Source of the DNA: Candidatus Buchananbacteria bacterium
Lineage (GTDB): Bacteria > Patescibacteriota > Patescibacteriia > 2-01-FULL-39-33
DNA: 64,000 nt
Direction of reading: 5' to 3'
NCBI GenBank assembly: GCA_041665065.1
Contig: JBAYJM010000001.1
Span: 23,116-87,115 of the forward strand
The translations under genes were made by a program, and so were the position numbers. The notes under the pieces are model-generated. The model did not search any database. It saw nothing but the letters and a program-made list of their open reading frames with translations, and was not told the origin of the DNA. This document shows, in pieces, positions 1 to 8,859 of the stretch. Position 1 is the stretch's first letter, and each line of letters opens with the position of its first letter.

Positions 1-594
1 TATTTACCCATTGATGAAGATCATCCGACTGAGCCGATTAATTTTTATGGTTTTACAAAATTGAAAATAGAGAGGCTATTGAAATGGTTTAACCAATTAA
101 AAGGAATTAATTTTGCCAGCCTGAGATATTTTAATGCGGTTGGCTATGATCCTGATAGGGGAGCTAAGGGCTTGGAACAAAATCCCAGTAATCTTTTGCC
201 GGTGTTAATGGAGGCCGCAAAAGGAATTAGGAGTTATGTTGAAGTATATGGAGATGATTATGACACGGATGATGGTAGCTGTGTTCGCGATTATGTTCAT
301 GTCAGCGATTTGGCATCTGCGCATCTGGCGGCTTTAAATAAGTTGTTTGCAGGAAGTGAAAGCATGACATTGAATTTGGGTTCATCAGCCGGTATTAGTG
401 TTTTTGAAATGATAAACGAAGTTAAAAAAATATCAGGCGTTGATTTTGAAGTTAGGTTCGGCCCTCGCCGTCCCGGAGATCCTGAGATATTGTTAGCCAA
501 TTCTCAAAGAGCGTGTGAGATGTTGGGATGGAAAGCGCAATATAGTGATTTGCAGACAATAGTAAAAACAACCTGGCAAGCATACAACCAATAA
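1..594 (+). CDS. galE: UDP-glucose 4-epimerase (5'-truncated by the window edge)
   Basis: Frame open from position 1 (YLPIDEDHP..YGFTK); LRYFNAVG, DGSCVRDYVHVSDLA and RRPGDP motifs. Confidence 0.9.
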   Translation, partial: YLPIDEDHPTEPINFYGFTKLKIERLLKWFNQLKGINFASLRYFNAVGYDPDRGAKGLEQNPSNLLPVLMEAAKGIRSYVEVYGDDYDTDDGSCVRDYVHVSDLASAHLAALNKLFAGSESMTLNLGSSAGISVFEMINEVKKISGVDFEVRFGPRRPGDPEILLANSQRACEMLGWKAQYSDLQTIVKTTWQAYNQ

Positions 595-1457
595 TGGTTA
601 CAAAATCTGAAAAAATATTTGGATGCAGAGTTGGAGCACATGTTTCGGCTGCCGGCAGTATTATATTTGCTCCGGATAGGGCAAGGGAAGCCGGTTGCGA
701 ATGTTTTCAATTTTTTTCGCGTTCTCCCCAGGGTGGAAACGCCAAGCCGATTGATAAAAAAACTGCAGAAGAATTTATTTCCAAGTGCAAAAGCAATCAA
801 ATGGAGTCCTATATCCATGCGCCTTATTTTATAAATTTAGGCTCGGCAAATAATAAGATATTTTACGGTTCAATATCGTTTTTAAAAGAAGAATTAAAGC
901 GAGGAAGCCAATTGGGAGTAAAATATTTAATGACTCATTTGGGCAGTGCAAAAGAATTGGGCGACAAAGAAGGCCTTAAAAAGGTGGTCAAGGGCATTAA
1001 AGAAATTTTGGCGGACTATAAAGGTTCCTGCGAGTTTTTAATTGAAATGGCGGCTGGAGCGGGAAGTATTATAGGCGATACATTCGAGGAAATAGCAATA
1101 ATTGTTAATTCCAAAGAATTAAAAAAATATAACATCGGCATTTGTCTTGATACGGCACACGCTTTTGCTTCCGGTTATGATTTGCGAAATGAGAAGGCGG
1201 TAAAGGCCACTTTTAAAAAGCTCAATGATATTTTAGGAAGTGATAGGCTAAAGTTAATACATGCCAACGACAGTAAGGCAGACTTGGGCAGCCACAAAGA
1301 TCAGCATGCCCATATTGGAGAAGGAAAAATCGGTTTAGATGGATTTAAAGCAATTGTGAATTATACCTGCAAGCAAAAAGTAAATTTGATATTAGAAACA
1401 CCAAAAGACGGAAAGGATTTAGAGGACATTGAAATTTTAAAAAAGTTGAGAAAATAA
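594..1457 (+). CDS. nfo: Endonuclease IV (AP endonuclease)
   Basis: GAHVSAAG, HAPYFINL, CLDTAHAFASGYD and HANDSK..DQH Zn-ligand motifs, ILETP. Confidence 0.92.
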   Translation: MVTKSEKIFGCRVGAHVSAAGSIIFAPDRAREAGCECFQFFSRSPQGGNAKPIDKKTAEEFISKCKSNQMESYIHAPYFINLGSANNKIFYGSISFLKEELKRGSQLGVKYLMTHLGSAKELGDKEGLKKVVKGIKEILADYKGSCEFLIEMAAGAGSIIGDTFEEIAIIVNSKELKKYNIGICLDTAHAFASGYDLRNEKAVKATFKKLNDILGSDRLKLIHANDSKADLGSHKDQHAHIGEGKIGLDGFKAIVNYTCKQKVNLILETPKDGKDLEDIEILKKLRK

Positions 1458-1509
1458 AATGGCCGGTTGGTTGTCCCGGCCGTTTCGAGGTGGCGGCCCT
1501 TCGTTTCGT

Positions 1510-1779
1510 TTATGGACCGCACTGAACCTCCCTTACCCCTTCGTCCGTGATGGAATACTCATCGATCACTGGCTGAAATCTGAGCCAGCCCAATGCGATC
1601 AGGGATTCCAGATCAGGCTGAGTCCAGTTTGTGACGACTTCTCCACGGTCACTGCTTCCCCGGTGGTAGCAGTTAATTGCTTCGTCAGCAGTGATCCAGG
1701 TGAACCCCTCGAATTCGAATTCCTCATACAATCTAGAGATGAGCTGAATATCTCTCTCCGTGGCTACAACGTTACTCAT
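1510..1779 (-). CDS. Small hypothetical protein, possibly winged-helix
   Basis: ATG at 1779 preceded by GGGGAG; C-terminal LESLIALGWL..YSITDEG resembles a wHTH wing. Confidence 0.5.
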   Translation of the reverse strand: MSNVVATERDIQLISRLYEEFEFEGFTWITADEAINCYHRGSSDRGEVVTNWTQPDLESLIALGWLRFQPVIDEYSITDEGVREVQCGP

Positions 1780-1829
1780 TGTTGCGCTCCCCATCGGTTG
1801 AACCGCTACTTCACCTTGCAATCCGCTTC

Positions 1830-2087
1830 TTACTTTTTTCTTGTCACTTTAAGCCTTATTGGCTCAGAGACAATCTCTAGGTCCCCCTCCTTTTCAACTA
1901 CCGCCCAAATATCAGAGCCGTCTTTCTGACAGTGGATTGTGAATGGGTACAGGCTTTCATTGAAGTGGGGCGGTCCCCAGTTTATGAGTACCGCATTTTC
2001 TATACGCGTTTTACCTCCTCGTCTGGCGGTGATGTTTACCCCGCTTTTAGGGGTAAGTTCATGTTTCTGCTCCCCGCTTCTAATCAT
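1830..2087 (-). CDS. Hypothetical protein (85 aa)
   Basis: Strong SD AGGAGG; upstream TTGATT-N16-TATACT promoter at 2137-2110 on the minus strand. Confidence 0.6.
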   Translation of the reverse strand: MIRSGEQKHELTPKSGVNITARRGGKTRIENAVLINWGPPHFNESLYPFTIHCQKDGSDIWAVVEKEGDLEIVSEPIRLKVTRKK

Positions 2088-2141
2088 TGGTCTCCCTCCT
2101 TAATATCAAAGTATAGTCTTATTAGTAATTAAATCAAGTAT

Positions 2142-2645
2142 ATAAAAATCGCTATTATTTCAGATTCACATGATAATGTTTCAAATATTGAAAAGTTTTT
2201 GAATTGGGTTGGAAATAATAATATAGAGACAATTATTCATTGCGGTGATTTATCGACGCCGTCTGTCTTGCAAAATGAATTTGGGCCAAAATTCAAGGGG
2301 CAATTTCACTTTGTTCATGGCAATGTTGCCGATAGGGACGTGGACGAAGAAATGGCCGATGAATTTGAAAATTTAATTTGTCACGGGGATATTGGAAAAT
2401 TAGTGATAGAGGGGCAGAAACTCGCTTTCTGCCATCATCCTGACCTAGCAAGGGATTTGGCAAAGACAGGCGAATATGACTTGATTTTTTGCGGTCATAC
2501 GCATAGGCCATGGATGGAGACATTGGATAATGGCACGCAAATAATTAACCCCGGCACATTGGCAGGCCTTTTTAACAAGGCAACGTTTGCAGTTTATGAC
2601 ACCAAGACAAAAAATTTGGAGTTAAAAATTTTAGAAACATTATGA
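2142..2645 (+). CDS. YfcE/MJ0936-family metallophosphoesterase with apparent ATA start
   Basis: (I)KIAIISDSHDN, HCGD, GNxD-like HGNVAD and GHTH motifs; the N-terminal DxH motif lies upstream of the ORF-track start at 2199. Confidence 0.85.
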   Translation: MKIAIISDSHDNVSNIEKFLNWVGNNNIETIIHCGDLSTPSVLQNEFGPKFKGQFHFVHGNVADRDVDEEMADEFENLICHGDIGKLVIEGQKLAFCHHPDLARDLAKTGEYDLIFCGHTHRPWMETLDNGTQIINPGTLAGLFNKATFAVYDTKTKNLELKILETL

Positions 2646-2866
2646 GGCAGATTTTAGTCCAGGCAAAACCCAATTCATCAAAGGTGGAGGTCGAAAAAAT
2701 TACTGATCAAGTATATAAAGTCAGATTAACGGCGCCACCGGTTGATGGCAAAGCAAATGACCAACTTATTAAGGTTTTGGCTCAATATTTTGATGTTAGT
2801 AAGAGCAATATCGCCATAAAAGCTGGAAAAAACGCTAAAACCAAGGTGGTGATAATTTATGGATAA
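2642..2866 (+). CDS. DUF167/YggU family protein
   Basis: AKPNS...VRLTAPPVDGKAN..LIKVLA motif. Confidence 0.9.
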   Translation: MRQILVQAKPNSSKVEVEKITDQVYKVRLTAPPVDGKANDQLIKVLAQYFDVSKSNIAIKAGKNAKTKVVIIYG

Positions 2867-2997
2867 GTTGGTTATAACTTAATTGAAAATAAACCATAAA
2901 TCATATATAATTCCTTATGCTGAAGGGAAGTTTTTGGTATTTTGTGTAATTTTGGCCAAAGATTATGAAATGCAGATTATTGTTCAGTTTGTAGCTA

Positions 2998-3026
2998 TTG
3001 ACAAAATTTATCATTTGTGATAATAT
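2998..3026 (+). promoter_or_regulatory. Sigma70-type promoter for the putative ncRNA
   Basis: TTGACA (2998-3003)-N17-TAATAT (3021-3026). Confidence 0.65.
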
Positions 3027-3061
3027 GTTTAATCGCAGGTAATTCCCATCCATTGCTCTGC

Positions 3062-3320
3062 AGGCACGACAAGCATGGGATTATTAATTAAGGACTATTT
3101 TGGTTTTAACGGACTGGAATTCTCCCTTAAAATAATTTCTTGTCTGCAGGGAAATGGATAGCAGTTGAAGCGATAGTATCCGGTAGCCTGTAGGTTAACA
3201 ATTCAATCAAATTTGTCACCTTCCAAAAAAATTTGAGAAAATTTTTATTTCTTCCCGTACGCTTCGGCGGACGGAAAATGCTCGGACGGGCTGATACGGC
3301 TAGGCACGACAAGCATGGGA
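3062..3320 (+). repeat. Exact 19-nt direct repeat AGGCACGACAAGCATGGGA (3062-3080 and 3302-3320)
   Basis: Read directly from the sequence. Confidence 0.95.
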
Positions 3321-3429
3321 ATTTTATGGGCAATTTCAGGCTACGGCTTGAATCCTGCTCTACAAAATTTTCTTGCCTGGCCATATAAGCCCATCCGAGT
3401 TTAAACCTACAGGCTATCTGATAATATCT

Positions 3430-3452
3430 CCCCGATTATGTCGGGGTTTTTT
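3430..3452 (+). terminator. Intrinsic terminator
   Basis: CCCCGA..TCGGGG stem followed by T6. Confidence 0.8.
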
Positions 3453-3517
3453 GTTGCTCTATTTCTTGTTTGTAAAATCAAATTATGTTATTATGTATTC
3501 ATAATTGAAAGATAAAA

Positions 3518-3928
3518 ATGAGCACAACCATAAAGAAAAACGATTTTTTTCAAAGCCAAACCGATCATAAAGATGCCGTAGAAGAATGGTATTCTGGTGA
3601 AGGTCAACTGCTTTGCGATGTTTACGAAAGCGGCGATTATTTAATAGTCAAATCTACAATTGCCGGAGTTGATCCTAAAGACATCGATATATCCGTTGCG
3701 CATGATGTTTTGACGATTCGAGGCGTTCGAAAAATGGATGAAGAAATTGAAGATGAAAAATTTTATGCCCGGGAGTGTTATTGGGGTTCGTTTAGCAGGT
3801 CAATAGTTTTGCCTCATGAAATAGATCAAAAAAAAGTTGCAGCAAGTTTAAAAAACGGCGTGCTAACAGTTAAGCTGCCAAAAAAATATAAATCAACATC
3901 GATTAAAATAAGACAGAGCAATGGATGA
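3518..3928 (+). CDS. Hsp20/alpha-crystallin small heat-shock protein
   Basis: DVYE..IAGVDPKDIDI, ECYWGSFSRSIVLP, ASLKNGVLTVKLPK. Confidence 0.92.
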   Translation: MSTTIKKNDFFQSQTDHKDAVEEWYSGEGQLLCDVYESGDYLIVKSTIAGVDPKDIDISVAHDVLTIRGVRKMDEEIEDEKFYARECYWGSFSRSIVLPHEIDQKKVAASLKNGVLTVKLPKKYKSTSIKIRQSNG

Positions 3929-4157
3929 TCAAAAGATAAAATTTTTAACCGGAGTAATTGATAGGATTGAGGGCGAGAAGGCAGTCGTCAGGCTTGATGA
4001 CGGCCAGGAAATTGTTTGGCCAAAAGATAAATTAACATCGGACATAAAAGAGGGATCATCAGTTAAAATAATCGCGCTGGGCGACAATGAAATGGAAGCG
4101 CACAGAGAAGAAATCGCCAAAAACATTTTGAAGGAAATTTTTAAGACAGATGATTAA
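3921..4157 (+). CDS. DUF3006 family protein
   Basis: VIDRIEGEKAVV..WPKDKL..IKEG pattern. Confidence 0.75.
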   Translation: MDDQKIKFLTGVIDRIEGEKAVVRLDDGQEIVWPKDKLTSDIKEGSSVKIIALGDNEMEAHREEIAKNILKEIFKTDD

Positions 4158-6099
4158 TTTCAAAAAGCTCCTGGAGAAAAGCCGGGAAAACATGGGATCG
4201 GAAGAATCAGGCAGGCAGAAAAAATCCCAAAAATGGTGGCTATTACTAATTATTGTAGTCGCTTTTTTTATAGTTATTGCCTTGGCGATAATCGGCCTTA
4301 TTGTTTTTGAAATAAAATATAAGTACGAATTTTTTCCAGGAAGCAGGATTGGTAATATTTCGCTTGAAGGCCTAAATCGCGAACAGGCATTGGCCTTGAT
4401 AACACCGATGGCCGATAAAATTGAAAGAGACGGAATAGAAATAAGATATCAGAATGATTCGCATAATTTAAATCTGACAGGCACGATTGATTCATTGTCT
4501 GATCCTGACTTATCACGGGAAGTTTTATATTTTGATGAGTACAAAACTATTTATGAATCATTTAAAACGGGTCATGATGGGTCGTTATTTAAAAATATTG
4601 GAGACCAATGGTCGACGTTTTGGGGTGTTAAAAACTTCAAGGCGGATTTTGTCTTGGATGAAGACGCATTAAATAAAATTTTAAAAGCGCAATTTGGAAA
4701 AAATGATCAGTCGCCCAAAAATGCGACTCCGAAAATAACTTGGGCGGGGAATAGCTATAAAATAGAAATTGAAAATGAAAATCCCGGCAGTGAGATTGAT
4801 TATCAAAAGGCCATTGACGATTTAAAAAACAATTTTTTAGAAATTTCAGATAAGCCGATTTTGTTAACACAAAAAATTACTGAGCCGACAGTAACGGCAG
4901 ATGAAATAACCGGCAAAACCGGTGATATCGATTTTGTTTTAAATTCGTCTACGCCAAAATTTTCATACGCAGATAAAAATTGGCAAATGGATAAAAAAAA
5001 GTTATCACAAATGATCGAATTTCAGAAAGTTGATAACGAAATTAAATTGGGTTTAAATCACGATCTATTTATAAAGTGGTTTACTGATACTATTTCAGCT
5101 CAAATTAATGTCGAGCCCAAAAATGCGCAGATAGAAATCAAAGACGGACAAGCCACAAAAATTTCCACCCATCAGGAAGGATTGAAAGCTGATGCGGAAA
5201 AGGCCTACGCTGATGTTCAGGGCAGATTAATGACAGCACAGTGGCCGGTTGCCGTTGAAGTGGTAAAAATTGCTCCGGATGTGGCAACTGATAATATCAA
5301 TGACATGGGCATTAAAGAAATTATCGGCGTTGGCGAGTCTGATTTTAAAGGCAGTCCAAGCAACAGGATTCATAACATTAAAAATGGTGCTAGCAAAGTG
5401 CATGGAATTTTAATTAAGCCCGGCGAAGAATTCTCTTTGATAAATACTTTAGGAGAAGTTGAAAAATCAACAGGATATTTGCCAGAGCTGGTTATCAAGG
5501 GCAATAAGACAATGCCTGAATATGGCGGCGGGCTTTGCCAAGTCGGGACGACAATGTTTAGAGCGGCGATGGGATCGGGTCTGCCAATAACTGAAAGGCG
5601 CAATCATTCATATAATGTTACTTATTATTTGGAAAATGGTTTGCCGGGAGTTGATGCTACAATCTATATTCCTCATCCTGATGTTAGATTTATAAACAAT
5701 ACTGGAAATTATGTTTTAATTCAGACTAGGGTAGAAGGTACTAAATTAAAGTTTGAATTTTGGGGCACAAAGGATGGCAGACAGGCTACAAGGACAAAGC
5801 CCAAGGCTTGGGACTGGGTTTCACCTCCGCCTACAAAATATGTTGAAACAACAGAATTAAAGCCAGGACAAAAGAAATGCACGGAAAGCGCCCATAAAGG
5901 CGTTAAGGCTTCATTTGATTATATTGTCACTTCAACTGACGGAACAGTAAAAAGACAGAATTTTTATTCGGTATACAAGCCCTGGCAGGCAGTTTGTTTG
6001 ATTGGCGTTGACCCGAATAAGGCCGTTGCAACCAGTACCGAAGTAATAATCGGAACGCCTGAAAATCCCGTGACAACTACTACTAGTGTTAGTAATTAA
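4150..6099 (+). CDS. VanW/YoaR family membrane-anchored protein (peptidoglycan-binding plus VanW domain)
   Basis: N-terminal TM helix; RIHNI..G, PGEEFS, GGGLCQVGTT, ERRNHSY and G.DAT VanW motifs. Confidence 0.88.
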   Translation: MINFKKLLEKSRENMGSEESGRQKKSQKWWLLLIIVVAFFIVIALAIIGLIVFEIKYKYEFFPGSRIGNISLEGLNREQALALITPMADKIERDGIEIRYQNDSHNLNLTGTIDSLSDPDLSREVLYFDEYKTIYESFKTGHDGSLFKNIGDQWSTFWGVKNFKADFVLDEDALNKILKAQFGKNDQSPKNATPKITWAGNSYKIEIENENPGSEIDYQKAIDDLKNNFLEISDKPILLTQKITEPTVTADEITGKTGDIDFVLNSSTPKFSYADKNWQMDKKKLSQMIEFQKVDNEIKLGLNHDLFIKWFTDTISAQINVEPKNAQIEIKDGQATKISTHQEGLKADAEKAYADVQGRLMTAQWPVAVEVVKIAPDVATDNINDMGIKEIIGVGESDFKGSPSNRIHNIKNGASKVHGILIKPGEEFSLINTLGEVEKSTGYLPELVIKGNKTMPEYGGGLCQVGTTMFRAAMGSGLPITERRNHSYNVTYYLENGLPGVDATIYIPHPDVRFINNTGNYVLIQTRVEGTKLKFEFWGTKDGRQATRTKPKAWDWVSPPPTKYVETTELKPGQKKCTESAHKGVKASFDYIVTSTDGTVKRQNFYSVYKPWQAVCLIGVDPNKAVATSTEVIIGTPENPVTTTTSVSN

Positions 6100-6182
6100 T
6101 GGCCTTGACTTTTTGGCTATAATTGTTTATAATTTTAAAAGTTTAATCAGTGTTTAAGGCTGTCATCCTGGACTCCTTTATT

Positions 6183-6210
6183 GTCATTCCGTACTTAATA
6201 ATACGGAATC
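6183..6210 (+). repeat. REP-like palindrome GTCATTCCGTA..TACGGAATC with a partial copy TGTCATCCTG just upstream
   Basis: Inverted repeat resembling the widespread GTCATTCC..GGAATC extragenic palindromes. Confidence 0.4.
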
Positions 6211-6255
6211 TCGTCTTTTTTATAAAATACTGATTACCAGTTACAATTTATATTT

Positions 6256-6327
6256 GCGGCCATCGTCTAACGGTTAGGACGCCAGGTTTTCATCCTGGTA
6301 ATCGGGGTTCGATTCCCCGTGGCCGTA
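6256..6327 (+). tRNA. tRNA-Glu(TTC), CCA not encoded
   Basis: Acceptor stem GCGGCCA/TGGCCGT; anticodon arm CCAGG-TTTTCAT-CCTGG; T-loop GGTTCGATTCC. Confidence 0.95.
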
Positions 6328-6461
6328 CTACTATTTTCAAAAAGAAAAGCACCAATATTTTGGGTGTTTTTTCTTTGAGGGCTAATGAGAATCGATCTAT
6401 AGCTTTTGACTTTTGAATTTCAATATCAGATAATTATAATAAATATTTATTAAATTTGCAT

Positions 6462-7163
6462 ATGGATTCAAGACAATATATAAAGCCTTTGAGTAAAAAA
6501 GAGAAAGCATCTGTTTTAAGGATGAGAGATAATATTCTTGAACAATTTAGAAAGACACCAAAGACGGGTATTGAAGTTAAACATCTTGGAAAATCATTCA
6601 TTGTTCCTGATGGTGTTTTTTGGCCTCGACCCGATAGCGAGTCATTAATAAAAAATTTTATAATTAGGAAAGGCGAAATTGTTTTAGATGTTTGTACTGG
6701 CTCAGGAGTTATCGCAATAAATGCAGCTCTGAAAGGAGCTAAAAAAGTTATTGCTGTTGATATAAGTCCTAAAGCTGTTAAGGCAGCTATATTAAACGTG
6801 AAACGTTTTAAGTTGGAAAAAATAATTGAAGTTCGAAAGTCAAATGTTTTTTCAGGGGTCAATAAAAAAGAAAAATTTAATGTTATTACATTTAATCCAC
6901 CTTTTTATAATGAACCAGCAAAAGATTTGATAGATAGAACCATGAAGGATCCTGGCTTTAAAACCACAATTAAATTTTTTAAGGATGTAAAAAATTATTT
7001 AAAAACAAAAGGCAGAATTTATGTTGCACAAGCTAATTCTGGAGATGTTCTTAAGATGATCGAATTGGCTGAAAAAAGTGGATTTAGCGTAAGGCCTATC
7101 GGGAAGAAAAAAATGCCAGAAAGTCCTCTTGAATTTTATGCTTTTGAATTGTTATTTAAATAG
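6462..7163 (+). CDS. HemK/PrmC-like SAM-dependent methyltransferase
   Basis: VFWPRPDS, LDVCTGSG and NPPF motifs. Confidence 0.8.
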   Translation: MDSRQYIKPLSKKEKASVLRMRDNILEQFRKTPKTGIEVKHLGKSFIVPDGVFWPRPDSESLIKNFIIRKGEIVLDVCTGSGVIAINAALKGAKKVIAVDISPKAVKAAILNVKRFKLEKIIEVRKSNVFSGVNKKEKFNVITFNPPFYNEPAKDLIDRTMKDPGFKTTIKFFKDVKNYLKTKGRIYVAQANSGDVLKMIELAEKSGFSVRPIGKKKMPESPLEFYAFELLFK

Positions 7164-7369
7164 TTTTCCAACAGTTGCGTTAATCCGTACTAGAAAAATA
7201 ACCCATGCTTAAGGGGCTATTTTTTTATTAACTAATAGGGAATCGAACTTACTAAAATAAAATAGTTCCAAGACGAATATATATAAGTCAGGGGGCAGTG
7301 AATCTCTATTTGCGGGGATACAGAAGCCAGCTTCTGATTTAAAAAACCGTAACAATCCTTTGTTACGGT

Positions 7370-8671
7370 TTAATCCTCCAGGGTGGGTAGTTCGATTCCA
7401 GCCAAAAGGTCCTCTATATCCTCGTGGTCCCTCCTCGCACTTCCACGAGATTTTCTGTCGTTGTCGTCAGCAGAGCGTGTAGCCAGTATTTTGTCGATTG
7501 CCGAGTCAAAGTTAAACTTGTCAATCTTAGTGGCGTCTATGCTGCGGAGTACCTCTAGGACATTGCGTTGCATGAACGCATCGGGCAAGCTCAGCGTATC
7601 CCATCCAAAGTAAAACCCATATCGGCGCACTGAGCTTATAAGTTGGGTGAAGCTGAGAGTATGGCCAAGGTCTTTGATGATAGCTTCGATAAGTGAGCGA
7701 AAGTCCTCAACCGATTGAGGAGGTCGCGATGGACCTTCATGCAGAGCCCTCCAAACTCCACGCCTCACTTTGCCGAACCGCCTATCATTTGGATGAGTTA
7801 GGTGACAGCATACGTCGTTTTTCAACCCTTCTTTGTTTTTGGTCTGGTCAACGACATATCCACTGCTTGGATCAATAATTGCATTGCAAAGTTCATCATA
7901 CGTCCAGCCAGCAATTATCCTTTGCGCTCTCATTATTGTGTAGAGAGCATCGCGTTGATGGGGGGTGTGTTTCGGCCTCTTATATTCGCTTCGTTTTTTT
8001 GTCACCTTTAGACGAAGCTTCTTGGGAGTTGGCAGTTCCGCGCCGCTTCTCAGTCCCCAACGAGTATTCCGTGTTGGAATGTGGCCAGTGGCGTCCGGTA
8101 CTTTAACAAATAGTTCTTCGTTCCTGGCAACAACATTCCAGACGTCAATTCGTAGCTGTTTCTCGTCGATTTCTGGTTCATTGAAACTCTGATGGTTGCG
8201 GACTCTCTCCATAATCTCTCCAAGAACCAGAGGCCCCTCTTGAAGAATGTCAAAAATGATCGCGCGAAGAGCAAATCTGCCAACCATAATATGCCTATCA
8301 ACCGGCTTCCTTTTCCTTTCCAGTGTTTTTTGGAGCATTGGATCGGCGGCCGTAAAACGGACGTACCAAAGCCCATGACGTTGTCGGAATATGTGGGTTC
8401 TGGAATTCAGCACCAGATCGTGCAGGAGTCTGACCAGTTTTTCGTGGCTTAATCCTGAGGGGATTTTCCTGTCCCGGCGCAAAGCCATGATAAGTTCTGT
8501 AATCGTCATGGCTTTTTGTGATAGCAAATGAATTACCGCCTTTGTTTTTGTGCCGAGATCCGGACGAAGTGAGTCTATGACTTGTTGAGCGGACAGTATG
8601 GTGCCAGGCGCAAGGCCCAATTTTCTCATGCCCCTCTCGGGGCCTGTTTTTTGACCCCTAGATTTGGACAT
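7370..8671 (-). CDS. Basic hypothetical protein with about four tandem winged-helix-like (HARE-HTH-like) units
   Basis: Repeated helix-helix-helix-F..GxW units; ATG at 8671 with SD AAAGGA and upstream promoter; higher GC. Confidence 0.6.
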   Translation of the reverse strand: MSKSRGQKTGPERGMRKLGLAPGTILSAQQVIDSLRPDLGTKTKAVIHLLSQKAMTITELIMALRRDRKIPSGLSHEKLVRLLHDLVLNSRTHIFRQRHGLWYVRFTAADPMLQKTLERKRKPVDRHIMVGRFALRAIIFDILQEGPLVLGEIMERVRNHQSFNEPEIDEKQLRIDVWNVVARNEELFVKVPDATGHIPTRNTRWGLRSGAELPTPKKLRLKVTKKRSEYKRPKHTPHQRDALYTIMRAQRIIAGWTYDELCNAIIDPSSGYVVDQTKNKEGLKNDVCCHLTHPNDRRFGKVRRGVWRALHEGPSRPPQSVEDFRSLIEAIIKDLGHTLSFTQLISSVRRYGFYFGWDTLSLPDAFMQRNVLEVLRSIDATKIDKFNFDSAIDKILATRSADDNDRKSRGSARRDHEDIEDLLAGIELPTLED

Positions 8672-8859
8672 GGCAATTTTCCTTTGTTGGTCGCTATTGG
8701 TTAAAGGTACTTTAAGCATTATATTATTATATTAGCATTAGTCAAAGGTTGCTGGTTGAGTTATTAAAAATAAGAGCAGGATTTTTGTTAATTACTACTA
8801 GTTTTTTAAGAAGAAAAAACACCCATATTCGGGTGTTTTCTTTTTGAGGTGAATGATAT

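Larger units (their letters stand above)
3032..3452 (+). ncRNA. Putative large structured non-coding RNA of unknown family
   Basis: Promoter upstream and terminator at the 3' end; long-range helices (3182-3196/3404-3418, 3281-3292/3388-3399, 3058-3066/3141-3149); cUUCGg hairpin; duplicated 19-mer; no plus-strand ORF in the track. Confidence 0.7.

Noticed and set aside
1459-1929. 156-aa plus-strand ORF after nfo
   Set aside because: Begins inside a terminator-like hairpin and is antisense to two SD-bearing genes
3062-3320. 19-nt direct repeat as a CRISPR array
   Set aside because: Only two copies 240 nt apart, embedded in helices, and no cas genes
3127-3384. 85-aa minus-strand ORF
   Set aside because: No recognisable motif; promoter, terminator and G-U-containing helices favour a plus-strand RNA
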